Assembly: GCA_965243635.1 (NCBI GenBank)
Contig: OZ251574.1
Location: 1,032,188-1,096,187, forward strand
Length of the DNA: 64,000 bases
Direction of reading: 5' to 3'
Origin: an uncultured Nitrincola sp.
Lineage (GTDB): Bacteria; Pseudomonadota; Gammaproteobacteria; Pseudomonadales; Balneatricaceae
Notes under the pieces: generated by a model
Database searches by the model: none
Seen by the model: the letters and a program-made list of their open reading frames with translations, nothing else
What the model was told of the DNA's origin: nothing
Shown here: one piece after another, positions 50,133 to 61,940 of the stretch
Layout of the letters: each line of letters begins with the position of its first letter
Position numbering within the stretch: the first letter of the stretch is position 1
Program-made: the position numbers and the translations under genes

Positions 50133-52313
50133 CTAGAACATGTCGTATGGGTCGACATCTATAGACCATCTGACTTTGTTGGCTAGCGGATGGTGCTCCA
50201 ATTGCAGGCAAAATTGACTTAAAAAATGCTGCAGCAGTGGCCGTTTAGCACTTTGTAGAACTAAGTGGGAGCGGAATACCCCCGCTTTCTTTTCCATGGG
50301 TGCCGGGTATGGGCCCGAGCTGCTGACATGGTCGATGTTTAATGTTTGTTGGGCGAGCTGTAAGAAAGTCTCGGCTCTGCCGGGGTTGCCGGCTTCTGCA
50401 CGAATAATTGCAATGTGCTGGTAGGGAGGGAGCGCGCTTAATGCTCGGATTTTTAGCTCGTTTTGAGCAAAGTCACGGTAGCCCTTATCAACTAAGCTTT
50501 GCAGTAGCGGATGTTCTGGATGGTGAGTTTGAATAATCACTTTGCCGATAATCTTTTCGCGTCCAGCGCGTCCGGCGACTTGGGTAATTAATTGAGCGGT
50601 GCGCTCCATACCTCTAAAATCGGTGCTAAAAAGTCCGCTGTCGGCTTCCAGTATAGCCACCAGTGATACCTTGGCAAAGTGATGACCTTTGGCCAGCATT
50701 TGCGTGCCCAATAAGATCCCCGGCTGACCTGCGTTGATCTTTTCAATGATCTCCTGCATTGCGTTCTTACGGCTGGTGCTGTCTCGGTCGATGCGCCAGA
50801 TCGGATAATCTGGAAAAAGCTGAGCTAAGGTTTGCTCGGCTCTTTCAGTGCCTGTTCCCTGAGCGTTTAATTCGCTGCTACTGCACTCTGGGCACTGCCT
50901 TGGGATCGATTTTTGGCTGCCGCAGTGGTGGCAGTGTAAATGGGGCGGTTTCTGGTGCAAGGTCAAGCGTGCGTCACAGCGCCGGCAGGGGGCTATCCAG
51001 CCACAGTTGTGACAGCTTAAGCTGGGGGCAAACCCTCTTCGGTTTAAGAAAATCAACACTTGAGTTTTTCGAGATAAATGCTGTTCAATTTCAGTCAGTA
51101 AAGGCTCAGATATTCCCGCTTGTAAGTCGCAGCCTTTTATATCTAATAGTTCGACAACCGGCGGCACGGCGTCGCCTGCTCGTCGATTGATGGTTAAGTA
51201 CTGGTAGCGTTTGATTGCGACATTGTGCAGCGATTCCAGTGAGGGAGTTGCGCTGCCTAAAATGACTGGAGTGTTCTCGCCATGTGCTCGAACAATCGCT
51301 AAGTCGCGAGCGCTGTATCGGTAACCCTCCTGCTGTTTGAAGGATTGATCGTGTTCTTCATCGATGATAATAACGCCGGGATGCGCGAGCGGGGTGAAGA
51401 TTGCCGATCTAGTGCCTATCACTATTTGCGCATCCCCGTCTCTCGCTTGTAACCACGCCTGAAAGCGTTGCCGATCGCTCATGTTTGAGTGTATATAGAC
51501 AACCTTGACATTAAAACGCGCTTTGAAGCGTGAAACGGTCTGCGGTGTTAGGCCTATCTCAGGTACAAGTACTAAAGCTTGCTTGCCTGCTTGCAAAACC
51601 TTTGCTATCACTTGTAAATAAACTTCAGTTTTACCGGAGCCAGTAATCCCATCTAGCAAAAAAGCCTTAAAACCTTGATGCTGGTTAATGGCTTGCACGG
51701 CGGTTTTTTGCTCTGGGTTTAAGGTTTTAGCTGGCTCGCGAAGCGGCTCGCTAGTGTCATTTTTCAAATGGGGTCTAGGTCTTTTTTCTAGCAGCCCTTT
51801 TTCCAATAGAATTTTAACAGAAGCACTAGAGCCGAGCTCAGCTTTTAGGGCGTCAATGCTGATCCCCGACTGGTGCTGTTTGATCATATTGTAAGTGGCG
51901 AGTTGTTTTTTGGCCCTAGTGCTTAGGCTTTGGTCGGTGTCTTTAAGCGCGTGTAGCAGGTATTCATGGACTCGTTCGCAAGGTTCGCCTTTGCGTAAAT
52001 GGATGGGTAGTGATTGTAGTAGCGCATCTCCAATAGGATGTTGATAGTACTGGGCAGCCCACAGGGCTAAGTCAAAAATAAATTTTGGTTGCGGGGGGTG
52101 CTGATCAATAATGTTGATGATCGCTTTTAGCTTATGGGCTGGAATGTCGGTGTGCTGGACGATGTCGACTAAAATAGCCACTAATTTTCGGTTTCCAAAA
52201 GGGACAGTTAGTCTCGCCCCTATGGTAAAGTCAGATTCTTGCTGGTTGGCAGCAGGTAAATAGTCAAAAAGCCTGCGCAACGGAGAGGGGATCGCTACTC
52301 TTAAAAAAATCAT
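50133..52313 (-). CDS. priA: Primosomal protein N'
   Basis: GITGSGKT, IIIDEEHD, GSATPS, LNRRGF, CxxC clusters, GTQMLAKG, VAGRAGR. Confidence 0.97.
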   Translation of the reverse strand: MIFLRVAIPSPLRRLFDYLPAANQQESDFTIGARLTVPFGNRKLVAILVDIVQHTDIPAHKLKAIINIIDQHPPQPKFIFDLALWAAQYYQHPIGDALLQSLPIHLRKGEPCERVHEYLLHALKDTDQSLSTRAKKQLATYNMIKQHQSGISIDALKAELGSSASVKILLEKGLLEKRPRPHLKNDTSEPLREPAKTLNPEQKTAVQAINQHQGFKAFLLDGITGSGKTEVYLQVIAKVLQAGKQALVLVPEIGLTPQTVSRFKARFNVKVVYIHSNMSDRQRFQAWLQARDGDAQIVIGTRSAIFTPLAHPGVIIIDEEHDQSFKQQEGYRYSARDLAIVRAHGENTPVILGSATPSLESLHNVAIKRYQYLTINRRAGDAVPPVVELLDIKGCDLQAGISEPLLTEIEQHLSRKTQVLIFLNRRGFAPSLSCHNCGWIAPCRRCDARLTLHQKPPHLHCHHCGSQKSIPRQCPECSSSELNAQGTGTERAEQTLAQLFPDYPIWRIDRDSTSRKNAMQEIIEKINAGQPGILLGTQMLAKGHHFAKVSLVAILEADSGLFSTDFRGMERTAQLITQVAGRAGREKIIGKVIIQTHHPEHPLLQSLVDKGYRDFAQNELKIRALSALPPYQHIAIIRAEAGNPGRAETFLQLAQQTLNIDHVSSSGPYPAPMEKKAGVFRSHLVLQSAKRPLLQHFLSQFCLQLEHHPLANKVRWSIDVDPYDMF

Positions 52314-52577
52314 TGGTAACCAAAATTAATTGTTGTAAGTAAGTATAGAGCAGCTCGCTGCTACTCAAATATCAGTTTATGTGTTTTTTGCTAAGCAATA
52401 TAGAGTCAGGCTTGATTTGAGTGGATAATTGTTAAAATTAATCACATCTAGTGGAGTGTTAGCCCCGTCGAGTGTAGGATTTTCTCCCGCAGGGCCGGTC
52501 TTCTGCTGGTACTGCCATAAAAAGCTATTTGTAAAATAGAGATTGTGGTTAATGATCAGCTAAGTTCGTCAATCTAG

Positions 52578-52606
52578 TTGCTTAGTGTTTGTTTACTCTG
52601 TATAAT
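52578..52606 (+). promoter_or_regulatory. Sigma70 promoter of rpmE
   Basis: TTGCTT-17-TATAAT followed by a GCGCGCC discriminator. Confidence 0.7.
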
Positions 52607-52709
52607 GCGCGCCTGTCTCGGTTCGAGGCTAATTTATTACTAATGTTAATTTCTGTGCGGTGCTTGGCAATAGATCAAGCGGCGGCACAAAACCTAAAAG
52701 GTTTTTCCC

Positions 52710-52925
52710 ATGAAAAATGATATCCATCCTAAGTATGAAGCGATTGAAGTAAACTGTTCTTGTGGTAACAAGATGGAAACTCGCTCTACATTGTGCAAAG
52801 ATTTACACGTTGATGTATGCAGTCAGTGTCATCCTTTCTATACTGGTAAGCAGAAAGATGCTACTTCTGGTGGTCGTATTGATCGCTTTAACAAGCGTTT
52901 TGCTTCAATGCCTGCTCGTAAATAA
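52710..52925 (+). CDS. rpmE: 50S ribosomal protein L31 (Zn-binding C+ type)
   Basis: [29 protein letters not shown]. Confidence 0.97.
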   Translation: MKNDIHPKYEAIEVNCSCGNKMETRSTLCKDLHVDVCSQCHPFYTGKQKDATSGGRIDRFNKRFASMPARK

Positions 52926-52949
52926 TTATTTTCAGGCTCTGAAGTTTAG

Positions 52950-52986
52950 AAAAAGCGCTGACCAATTTGGTTGAGCGCTTTTTTTT
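52950..52986 (+). terminator. Intrinsic terminator after rpmE
   Basis: aaaaagcgct...agcgctt followed by a T-run. Confidence 0.8.
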
Positions 52987-53321
52987 GCATAAATTTTCTA
53001 TTAACTTTTGCCGCTAGCTAGAGTGCCGTCTATAAGTGCTGGAGTCGATCGGGCTTAAGTTGCTAGCAATCAGCTAAATCAGCTCGAGGCCCTTCTCCCA
53101 GCTAAGCTTATTGTATTTCCTTTAATTTCCTTCGGCTGCTTTATGTTTCCTTGCCTATACAGGGTATGCTGAAATCTTTTTGGCACAGTTTTATTGCTGT
53201 TTAATCATGTTTCGTCCATTTATTAACTATTTTAAAGTCTGGCGTTTAATCTGCTAGGATAATTTATAATGGCGAGTTGTTTGAGCTATTATGTATCTGG
53301 CTAGCTTAGTTCTGGATCGGT

Positions 53322-53481
53322 GCTGGATTCAAGTAGTAAGTGTATCGCATAGCGCAAGCTATTGATTCTACAGCGGTTAGAAATTTAGCTACTGAGCCTG
53401 CGGGTGCAACTAAGAGTCTTTAATTCCACTGTAGAGCCAATATCTTGCACTTTGTCATCGCTTTGAAGTAACGGATTTAGA
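53322..53481 (-). mobile_element. MITE family A, eroded full-length copy A8 (160 bp)
   Basis: Collinear with the reverse complement of A6 (catagcgcaagct, gattctacagcggttagaa, gggtgcaactaag, ccaatatctt, ctttgaagtaacggatt). The ends are decayed. Confidence 0.8.
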
Positions 53482-53595
53482 TTAGTGATAAAATATTATC
53501 GATTTTTATAAAAAACTATCTAGTTATATGGTTGTGAGGCTTATAGCTTTTCTATAGAATCGATAATTCGTGTAAATTAAAATGGAACAACACCT

Positions 53596-54864
53596 ATGTC
53601 TGAGTCCGAAGATCTGAATAAAGCTGCCCTTGAGTATCATGAGTTTCCCCGTCCTGGTAAAGTGAGCGTTGAACTGACAAAGCCTGCTGAAACGGCACGA
53701 GATCTGTCCTTGGCATATAGCCCGGGTGTTGCTGAACCTTGTCGTGAAATTGCCAAGGATCCAGAAAATGCTTACCGATATACCGGTAAAGGTAATCTAG
53801 TGGCGGTTATTACTGATGGCACTGCAGTGCTAGGGCTTGGAAATTTGGGGCCGCTTGCCTCGAAACCTGTAATGGAGGGGAAGTCGCTATTATTTAAGCG
53901 TTTCGCTGGTATCAATTCTATCGACTTGGAAGTGGACTCTGAGAGTCCGCAAGCTTTCATCGATACTGTTGCGCGAATTGCCGATACTTTTGGCGGTATC
54001 AATTTAGAAGACATTAAAGCACCAGAATGCTTTGAAATCGAACGCGCGTTGATTGAGCGTTGCAGTATTCCGGTTTTTCATGATGATCAGCATGGCACGG
54101 CGATTGTGACGGCTGCTGGGATGATTAATGCTTTAGAAATCGCAGGAAAGAATCTTGAAACAGCGACTATTGTCACCTTAGGTGCTGGTGCAGCGGCGGT
54201 AGCTTGTATGAAGCTGTTGATAAATATGGGCGCTAAAGTCGGTAATATTTACATGATCGATCGCAAGGGGGTTATTCATTCAGGTCGTGAAGATTTAACG
54301 ACTGAGAAGGCGATTTTTGCCACCAAAACTGACAAGCGAACTTTAGATGATGCAATAGAAGGCGCTGATGTATTTGTGGGTCTGTCTGGTCCTAACTTAT
54401 TGTCGGCTGCGCAGTTGGCAAAAATGGCACCTACCCCCGTTATCTTTGCCTGTGCTAACCCAGATCCAGAAATAAAGCCTGAGATTGCTCATGCAACACG
54501 CGACGATGTGATTATGGCTACTGGTAGATCTGATTACCCTAATCAGGTAAATAATGTGCTCGGCTTTCCGTTTATCTTTCGCGGTGCTTTAGACGTTCGC
54601 GCTTCAGTAATTAATGAAGAGATGAAAGCGGCTGCTGTTAAAGCGCTCGCTGAATTGGCAAAAGAAGATGTGCCAGCGGATGTTTTAAAGGCTTATGATT
54701 TAGATGAATTGTCATTTGGTCCTCAGTATATTATTCCCAAGCCGACTGATAGTCGCTTGTTGGGAAGGTTGTCAATGGCGGTTGCACAAGCGGCTATTGA
54801 TTCAGGTGTGGCGCGCTTGCCAATGCCTGCTCATTATCCGCTAAACTCGGTAGCTGATTGCTAA
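53596..54864 (+). CDS. maeB: NADP-dependent malic enzyme (short form without PTA domain)
   Basis: LAYSPGVAEPC, GTAVLGLG, MEGK, NLEDI, HDDQHGTA, TGRSDYPNQVNN. Confidence 0.9.
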   Translation: MSESEDLNKAALEYHEFPRPGKVSVELTKPAETARDLSLAYSPGVAEPCREIAKDPENAYRYTGKGNLVAVITDGTAVLGLGNLGPLASKPVMEGKSLLFKRFAGINSIDLEVDSESPQAFIDTVARIADTFGGINLEDIKAPECFEIERALIERCSIPVFHDDQHGTAIVTAAGMINALEIAGKNLETATIVTLGAGAAAVACMKLLINMGAKVGNIYMIDRKGVIHSGREDLTTEKAIFATKTDKRTLDDAIEGADVFVGLSGPNLLSAAQLAKMAPTPVIFACANPDPEIKPEIAHATRDDVIMATGRSDYPNQVNNVLGFPFIFRGALDVRASVINEEMKAAAVKALAELAKEDVPADVLKAYDLDELSFGPQYIIPKPTDSRLLGRLSMAVAQAAIDSGVARLPMPAHYPLNSVADC

Positions 54865-54880
54865 AGTCTTAGTCGATGTT

Positions 54881-54907
54881 AAAAGGCCCAGCTCGCTGGG
54901 CTTTTTT
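54881..54907 (+). terminator. Intrinsic terminator after maeB
   Basis: ggcccagc-tc-gctgggct followed by a T-run. Confidence 0.75.
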
Positions 54908-55154
54908 GTGCTTGCTCGGTGAAGCCGGTAGTCCCGTGTCCTGGCGCTTGAATAAAATAAAGTTGACCTGACTAGGGGGTGAATCGAATAAAGGTGGAGA
55001 CTGGAGGAGTATGTAGGTGGTCTTAAGTTTGTTGCAGAGGCTCGCTAAGTGATTTAGGAGCTGTTTTGTCGGTATAGCAGCAGGCGGGTGGTGGATGGTG
55101 ATGTGATGAGTAATAGAGGATGGTCTGAGTTGTGCTGAATATGTGGTTCTGTGG

Positions 55155-55184
55155 GTAGGGCGCGGCGGTAGCGCCTCACCCTAC
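55155..55184. repeat. GTAG-type REP-like palindrome
   Basis: GTAGGGcgcggcggtagcgcctcaCCCTAC, which starts with GTAG on both strands. Confidence 0.55.
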
Positions 55185-55203
55185 TCGATATGTGTTTAGA
55201 TAG

Positions 55204-56418
55204 TTAGATCTTTTGGAAGACCAGTGTTGAGTTGGTGCCACCAAAGCCGAAGCTGTTAGACATTACGCGCTGTAGATCAGCGTTATCTTTACGCTCTTGC
55301 GCTATAGGTAAGCCGGCTGCTTCAGGGTCGATGTTATCTATATTTGCAGAGGCGCAAATAAAGTTGTTTTCTTGCATCAATAGGCAGTAAATGGCCTCTT
55401 GAACACCGGTTGCGCCTAAAGAGTGGCCGGTTAAGGATTTTGTGGAGCTCACCGGTGGCATTTTATCGCCAAATGTTTGCTTCATTGCCTTAAGTTCTTG
55501 CATGTCGCCAGCTGGAGTCGAAGTTCCGTGGGAGTTGATGTAGTCAATATCACCATCGACAGTGCTCATTGCCTGTTGCATGCAGCGTACAGCGCCTTCG
55601 CCTGAGGGGGCTACCATGTCGTAACCGTCAGAGGTGGCGCCGTAGCCGACCAGTTCTGCATAGATTTTAGCGCCGCGAGCTTTGGCGTGTTCGTACTCTT
55701 CAATCACCAGCATGCCACCGCCACCAGCGATGACAAAGCCGTCGCGGTTTGCGTCATATGCTCGAGAAGCCGCTTCGGGAGTCTCATTGTATTTGCTGGA
55801 TAGTGCGCCCATCGCATCAAACATAACACTTAACGACCAGTGTAGTTCCTCGCCGCCACCGGCAAAGACAATGTCTTGTTTGCCGAGTTGGATTTGCTCC
55901 ATTGCATTGCCGATACAGTGCGCGCTCGTGGCACAGGCCGATGTGATGGAGTAGTTGACGCCCTTGATTTTAAAGGGAGTGGCAAGACAGGCAGAAACAG
56001 TGCTGCCCATAGTGCGAGTAACACGATAGGGGCCAACGCGGCGCACGCCTTTAGTTCGCAAAATATCCGCAGCTTCGATGATGTCCGCAGAAGATGCGCC
56101 ACCAGAGCCAGCGACTAAGCCGGTGCGTACATTAGATACTTGCTCTTCAGTTAGGCCAGCATCTGCTATCGCCTGTTGCATAGAAACATAAGCATAGGCT
56201 GCTGCGTTGCCCATAAAGCGACGCAACTTGCGATCAATTAACGTTTCTATATCGAAATCTTCAATGCTTCCGGCAACATGACTGCGAAAGCCCATCTCTT
56301 TATATTCGGGTTGAAATTTAATCCCTGAGCGACCGGTTTTAAGTGACTCTAGTACTGTTTCTTTATCTTTGCCGATGCAAGATACGATACCCATTCCAGT
56401 GACAACAACGCGTTTCAT
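55204..56418 (-). CDS. fabB: Beta-ketoacyl-ACP synthase I
   Basis: [34 protein letters not shown]. Confidence 0.96.
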   Translation of the reverse strand: MKRVVVTGMGIVSCIGKDKETVLESLKTGRSGIKFQPEYKEMGFRSHVAGSIEDFDIETLIDRKLRRFMGNAAAYAYVSMQQAIADAGLTEEQVSNVRTGLVAGSGGASSADIIEAADILRTKGVRRVGPYRVTRTMGSTVSACLATPFKIKGVNYSITSACATSAHCIGNAMEQIQLGKQDIVFAGGGEELHWSLSVMFDAMGALSSKYNETPEAASRAYDANRDGFVIAGGGGMLVIEEYEHAKARGAKIYAELVGYGATSDGYDMVAPSGEGAVRCMQQAMSTVDGDIDYINSHGTSTPAGDMQELKAMKQTFGDKMPPVSSTKSLTGHSLGATGVQEAIYCLLMQENNFICASANIDNIDPEAAGLPIAQERKDNADLQRVMSNSFGFGGTNSTLVFQKI

Positions 56419-56450
56419 TGGATTTCTCCTTTAATAATGTCAATGACTAA

Positions 56451-56966
56451 TTAAAAATCTGCAGTGGATTGGAAAAGTCCAACTTTAAGGTCGGATGCAG
56501 AGTAAATCTCTTTGCCGTCAACCGACATAGTTGCATCGGCGATACCCATAATCAGTCTGCGCTCAATCAGGCGCTTGATAGTGATTTTGTAAGTCACGGT
56601 TTTAGCGGTAGGTAATACTTGGCCAAAGAATTTAACTTGGCCAGAACCCAGTGCACGACCCTTGCCTAAATTGCCTTTCCAGCCGAGAAAAAATCCAACT
56701 AGTTGCCACATCGCGTCTAAGCCTAAGCAGCCAGGCATTACTGGATCGGTTGGGAAGTGACAGTCGAAAAACCACAGATCGGGGTTGATATCTAGCTCGG
56801 CGATAATTTCGCCTTTGCCAAATTCGCCGCCATCAGCGGTGATAGAAGTGATTCTATCCATCATTAACATGTTGCCAACTGGAAGGCGGGCGTTGCCAGG
56901 GCCGAACATGTCACCATTGCCACAGCTTAGTAGCTCGTCGCGATTAAATGAAGAAGGTCTAGTCAT
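56451..56966 (-). CDS. fabA: 3-hydroxyacyl-ACP dehydratase/isomerase FabA
   Basis: [25 protein letters not shown]. Start trimmed to MTRPSSF. Confidence 0.97.
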   Translation of the reverse strand: MTRPSSFNRDELLSCGNGDMFGPGNARLPVGNMLMMDRITSITADGGEFGKGEIIAELDINPDLWFFDCHFPTDPVMPGCLGLDAMWQLVGFFLGWKGNLGKGRALGSGQVKFFGQVLPTAKTVTYKITIKRLIERRLIMGIADATMSVDGKEIYSASDLKVGLFQSTADF

Positions 56967-57197
56967 CTTAAAAAATGTTCTCATTTTATGAAATATCGGC
57001 CGATTATACCGATTGTGGTTCGCTTAGGCATCAATTACCCGATAAAAATCTAATTACTATGACTTTAAATACCGTGGTTGTACTTTTAATTGTTATTTAT
57101 CAATTGCTTATTGTTTTAGTGTGAAAAGTAAAATGTTTGGGTTAGGGCTGGGAATGGTTGTCGAGGAAGTTATGCGAAGAATTTGAATACTTGAATT

Positions 57198-57229
57198 ATA
57201 AAACCCCGCTGAATTAAATAGGGTTTTAT
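57198..57229 (-). terminator. Possible terminator after ispB
   Basis: ataaaaccc...gggttttat. Confidence 0.45.
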
Positions 57230-57263
57230 GAGCAAGGTCGAGGATCATACCTTTGGCAAGGGG

Positions 57264-58259
57264 TTAAGATTTTCTGGAGACTGCGAGTTTTGCTAAATCG
57301 ATGAGGGTGTCTCTAAAGCTGGATGCTTGGATGTCGTCAAGGCAATCGATGGCTTGCTGCGAATGGCTGAAGGCTTTTTGTTGGGTGTACTGAATAGCAT
57401 TAGTTTGCTTGATTGCCTTCAATACTGGTGCTAAGTCCTGCAGTCCTCCATCGCGTATGGCGCGTCGAATCAGTTTTCTATTTGTATCGTCGGTTTCTTT
57501 CATTGCCTGAATCAGTGGGAGTGTGGTCTTGCCTTCTGCCAGGTCGTCGCCGGTGTTTTTGCCCATTTCAGCGGCGCTGGAGATGTAATCCATAACGTCA
57601 TCAATCAGCTGGAATGCAATGCCTAGATGGAGTCCGTAGTTTTTGAGGGCGGTGCGTTCCTTATCACTGGCGCTTGCTAATATTGCACCAGTTTCAGTGG
57701 CTGCTTCAAATAATTTGGCTGTTTTAGCGATGATGACCTTCATGTAGTCATCTTCACTTAAATCTGGGTTTCTGCTATTGAGTAGTTGTAGTACCTCGCC
57801 TTCCGCAATTACGTTGGTTGCATTGGAAATAACGTTCATTATTTCAAGTTCGCCAATTTCAACCATGATCTGGAAGGCGCGTGAATATAAGAAATCACCG
57901 ACTAAAACGCTGGGGCCGTTTCCCCACTTGGCGTTGGCGGTATCTTTGCCTCTGCGTAAATCGGAGCTATCTACTACATCGTCATGCAATAATGTGGCGG
58001 TGTGAATAAATTCAATAGTAGCTGCGAGTTTAATGTGCGCTGGATTGCTCTCGCTGACGGTGTTCTGTATGGCGAGGTGGTTGCAGGCATTGCTGGCCAG
58101 TAAAACCAATAGAGGTCGAAAACGTTTGCCGCCACTGGAAACTATGTAGTGGCCTATTTTTTCAACGAGAGGGACAGTGGATCCCAAATGATTAATGATG
58201 TAGTCATTGACAGCTAAGAACTGTGGTTCGATAATAGGATTGAGCTGATGTGGCTGCAT
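57264..58259 (-). CDS. ispB: Octaprenyl-diphosphate synthase
   Basis: GGKRFRP, LHDDVVD, FQLIDDVMD, GDDLAEGK. Confidence 0.93.
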   Translation of the reverse strand: MQPHQLNPIIEPQFLAVNDYIINHLGSTVPLVEKIGHYIVSSGGKRFRPLLVLLASNACNHLAIQNTVSESNPAHIKLAATIEFIHTATLLHDDVVDSSDLRRGKDTANAKWGNGPSVLVGDFLYSRAFQIMVEIGELEIMNVISNATNVIAEGEVLQLLNSRNPDLSEDDYMKVIIAKTAKLFEAATETGAILASASDKERTALKNYGLHLGIAFQLIDDVMDYISSAAEMGKNTGDDLAEGKTTLPLIQAMKETDDTNRKLIRRAIRDGGLQDLAPVLKAIKQTNAIQYTQQKAFSHSQQAIDCLDDIQASSFRDTLIDLAKLAVSRKS

Positions 58260-58522
58260 AATAAATATGATTTCTATTGGTAAAAGTGAGTGGTGTTTGC
58301 TAAGCGAATGCTAGGGTGTGGTCGTTATTCTGTCAAGGCTTTGCGCGATTATCAGATAGTTTATGCGCTAAAATCTGGTAGTTGGTTGGTTAATGTAGGT
58401 GTTTGTCAGTGGTCGGTGTGGCTAAATTGATTAGATTGGTTTAAATTATTGTCTGAAAAAAATTTTGGCTGATGTAGGGTTCCGGGAAATACTAAGATAA
58501 AAGCTTGAGCTTTGTGATTTTT

Positions 58523-58531
58523 TGCTATAAT
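58523..58531 (+). promoter_or_regulatory. Extended -10 promoter of rplU
   Basis: TGcTATAAT followed by ttcgcgcc. Confidence 0.55.
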
Positions 58532-58639
58532 ATTTCGCGCCCTAAGCTTGTCCAACCTTTAGCTCCCTGTTATATGGCTTTGCCAATAGAAGCAGGTATC
58601 ATTTTAGTAGCCGGACAAGCCGTAAACTGGAGAGAGAAA

Positions 58640-58951
58640 ATGTTTGCAGTAATTGTAAGCGGCGGTAAGCAGTACCGTGTAGAAGAAGGCTATACTCTTA
58701 AATTAGAGAAATTAGCTGTAGAAGCAGGTTCTAGTATCGATTTCGACCGCGTATTAATGGTCGGAAACGGTGATGAGATTCAAGTTGGCGCGCCTGTTGT
58801 TGGTGGTGCTAAAGTGACTGCAGAAGTGTTAAGTCACGGTCGTGGTGAGAAAATTAGTATCATCAAGTTCCGTCGTCGTAAGCATTCAATGACACGTCAG
58901 GGTCACCGTCAATGGTACACTGAAGTTAAAATCACAGGCATCAGCGCTTAA
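58640..58951 (+). CDS. rplU: 50S ribosomal protein L21
   Basis: [30 protein letters not shown]. 103 aa, start trimmed. Confidence 0.98.
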   Translation: MFAVIVSGGKQYRVEEGYTLKLEKLAVEAGSSIDFDRVLMVGNGDEIQVGAPVVGGAKVTAEVLSHGRGEKISIIKFRRRKHSMTRQGHRQWYTEVKITGISA

Positions 58952-58973
58952 GCTGGTCTAAAGGAGATAACTC

Positions 58974-59231
58974 ATGGCTCATAAGAAAGCTGGTGGTTCT
59001 ACTAAGAACGGTCGCGACTCCAACGCCAAGCGCTTAGGTGTTAAGCGCTTCGGTGGTCAAGTTGTTGTGGCTGGAAATATCCTTGTTCGTCAGCGTGGTA
59101 CTAAGTTCCACGCTGGTGTAAATGTAGGAATTGGTAAAGATCATACTCTTTTCGCTAAGGCGGATGGTGTGGTTAAGTTTATCGTTAAAGGCCCGAAAAA
59201 TCGTAAGTTCATTACTATTGAAACTGCGTAA
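58974..59231 (+). CDS. rpmA: 50S ribosomal protein L27
   Basis: [21 protein letters not shown]. Confidence 0.98.
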   Translation: MAHKKAGGSTKNGRDSNAKRLGVKRFGGQVVVAGNILVRQRGTKFHAGVNVGIGKDHTLFAKADGVVKFIVKGPKNRKFITIETA

Positions 59232-59246
59232 TCGGTGTGTTTAGGC

Positions 59247-59279
59247 AAAAAAAGCTCCGCTTAGCGGGGCTTTTTTTTT
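59247..59279 (+). terminator. Intrinsic terminator after rpmA
   Basis: aaaagctccgc-tta-gcggggctttt followed by a T-run. Confidence 0.8.
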
Positions 59280-59475
59280 GGCTGTTGTTTGAGGTTGTCA
59301 TTTGTTGGTAGCGTCAATAGTAGTGGTGCTTGGTGGTGTTGCTGTTTATAGTTGATTGGAATTTACGTGGATTCGAGTGTGTTTTATAATTCTAATGCAA
59401 GTGTGAATAATTAAGTGGATAGTTGTTCTTTAAATAGCTATCACAGCGTAAAGAGAAGTCTTTGGGAGGTTCTAA

Positions 59476-60681
<1,206 letters not shown>

Positions 60682-60691
60682 GGAGTGTTTA

Positions 60692-61816
60692 GTGAGTCAG
60701 GACCGCAACATATTAGCTAAATCCCGCAAGTGGGTGGTTAAAATAGGCAGTGCATTATTGACCGATGATGGTCGAGGGCTTGATTATCAGGCGATTGGTC
60801 GCTGGGTGGATCAGCTGGTGGCGCTAAAGGCGCAAGGTGTCGATGTCGTGTTGGTGTCTTCGGGAGCGATTGCTGAGGGTATGACCCGGCTGGGTTGGAA
60901 TAAACGACCGGCGCAAGTTTATCGTCTACAGGCGGCTGCGGCAGTGGGGCAGATGGGCTTGGTGCAAGTTTACGAAGCTAATTTTGATCGTCACAATACG
61001 CGAACCGCGCAAGTGCTGCTGACTCATGAAGATTTATCGGATCGTAAGCGCTACCTGAATGCTCGGGGTACGTTGTGTACTTTGCTGGAGTTAGGTGTGG
61101 TGCCGGTTGTCAATGAAAATGACACGGTGATTACCGATGAAATTAAGTTTGGTGATAATGATACTTTAGCTGCGCTGGTAGCGAATTTAGTGGAAGCTGA
61201 GGTGGTGGTCTTGTTGACCGATCAGCTGGGGTTGTTTAGTGCTGATCCACGAGAGGATGAAAATGCTACTCTTATCTCTCAGGCAAAAGCTGATGATCCT
61301 ATGATCGCTTCGGTAGCGGGGGCTGGTGGTGTTTTTGGTCGTGGCGGCATGGTGACTAAAGTGCGAGCTGCAAAGCTTGCTGCGCGCTCTGGTGCGGTGA
61401 CCGTCATTGCCAGTGGGCGGGTGGGTGATGTGTTGTTAAAGATCCGTGCTGGGCAAGAGTTGGGCACGTTGATTTTGCCTTCTCGCTCGCCGCTTGTGGC
61501 GCGCAAGCAGTGGCTGGCAGGTCAGTTGCAAATCCGAGGTACTGTTGTGGTCGATGATGGCGCTCGAGAGGCGTTGCAGCAGCGAGGTAAAAGCTTGTTG
61601 CCCGCAGGGGTTAAGTCAGTTTCAGGTGCGTTTTCGCGCGGCGATATGGTGCTGATAGTGGATGAGTTAGGGGTTGAGTTGGCCAGAGGGTTGGTGAATT
61701 ACGCCGCTGATCAAGCGCGCAGTATTATCGGCATGTCTAGTGCCATGATTCAGCAGACGATAGGTTTTGTCAATGAAGATGAGTTAGTGCATCGGGATAA
61801 TTTTGTGTTGGTGTGA
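60692..61816 (+). CDS. proB: Glutamate 5-kinase
   Basis: [35 protein letters not shown] domain. The GTG at 60692 follows an AGGAG RBS. Confidence 0.96.
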   Translation: MSQDRNILAKSRKWVVKIGSALLTDDGRGLDYQAIGRWVDQLVALKAQGVDVVLVSSGAIAEGMTRLGWNKRPAQVYRLQAAAAVGQMGLVQVYEANFDRHNTRTAQVLLTHEDLSDRKRYLNARGTLCTLLELGVVPVVNENDTVITDEIKFGDNDTLAALVANLVEAEVVVLLTDQLGLFSADPREDENATLISQAKADDPMIASVAGAGGVFGRGGMVTKVRAAKLAARSGAVTVIASGRVGDVLLKIRAGQELGTLILPSRSPLVARKQWLAGQLQIRGTVVVDDGAREALQQRGKSLLPAGVKSVSGAFSRGDMVLIVDELGVELARGLVNYAADQARSIIGMSSAMIQQTIGFVNEDELVHRDNFVLV

Positions 61817-61872
61817 CGGGGTTTTGTCGATGGTTTTGCTTGTGCGTTAAGTCTCGAGCCAATATTTAGAGT

Positions 61873-61901
61873 AAAAAAAACCGGCAGCGCCGGTTTTTTT
61901 T
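61873..61901. terminator. Bidirectional terminator between proB and rpsT
   Basis: A8-ccggc-a-gc-gccgg-T8. Confidence 0.85.
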
Positions 61902-61940
61902 CAGTCGCTGCAATAAATTGCGCGGCTGAGAGTGCTAAGA

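Noticed and set aside
53596-54864. Malic enzyme truncated relative to E. coli MaeB
   Set aside because: The roughly 420-aa form without the PTA domain is a normal stand-alone type, and it is followed by a terminator.
55031-55044. Possible family B solo end (gttgcagaggctc)
   Set aside because: It is too short and gapped to distinguish from chance.
58505-58639. Long N-terminal extensions of RplU (and of TrxA, ProB, PyrC' and FabA) in the ORF track
   Set aside because: Downstream starts with better RBS give canonical lengths.
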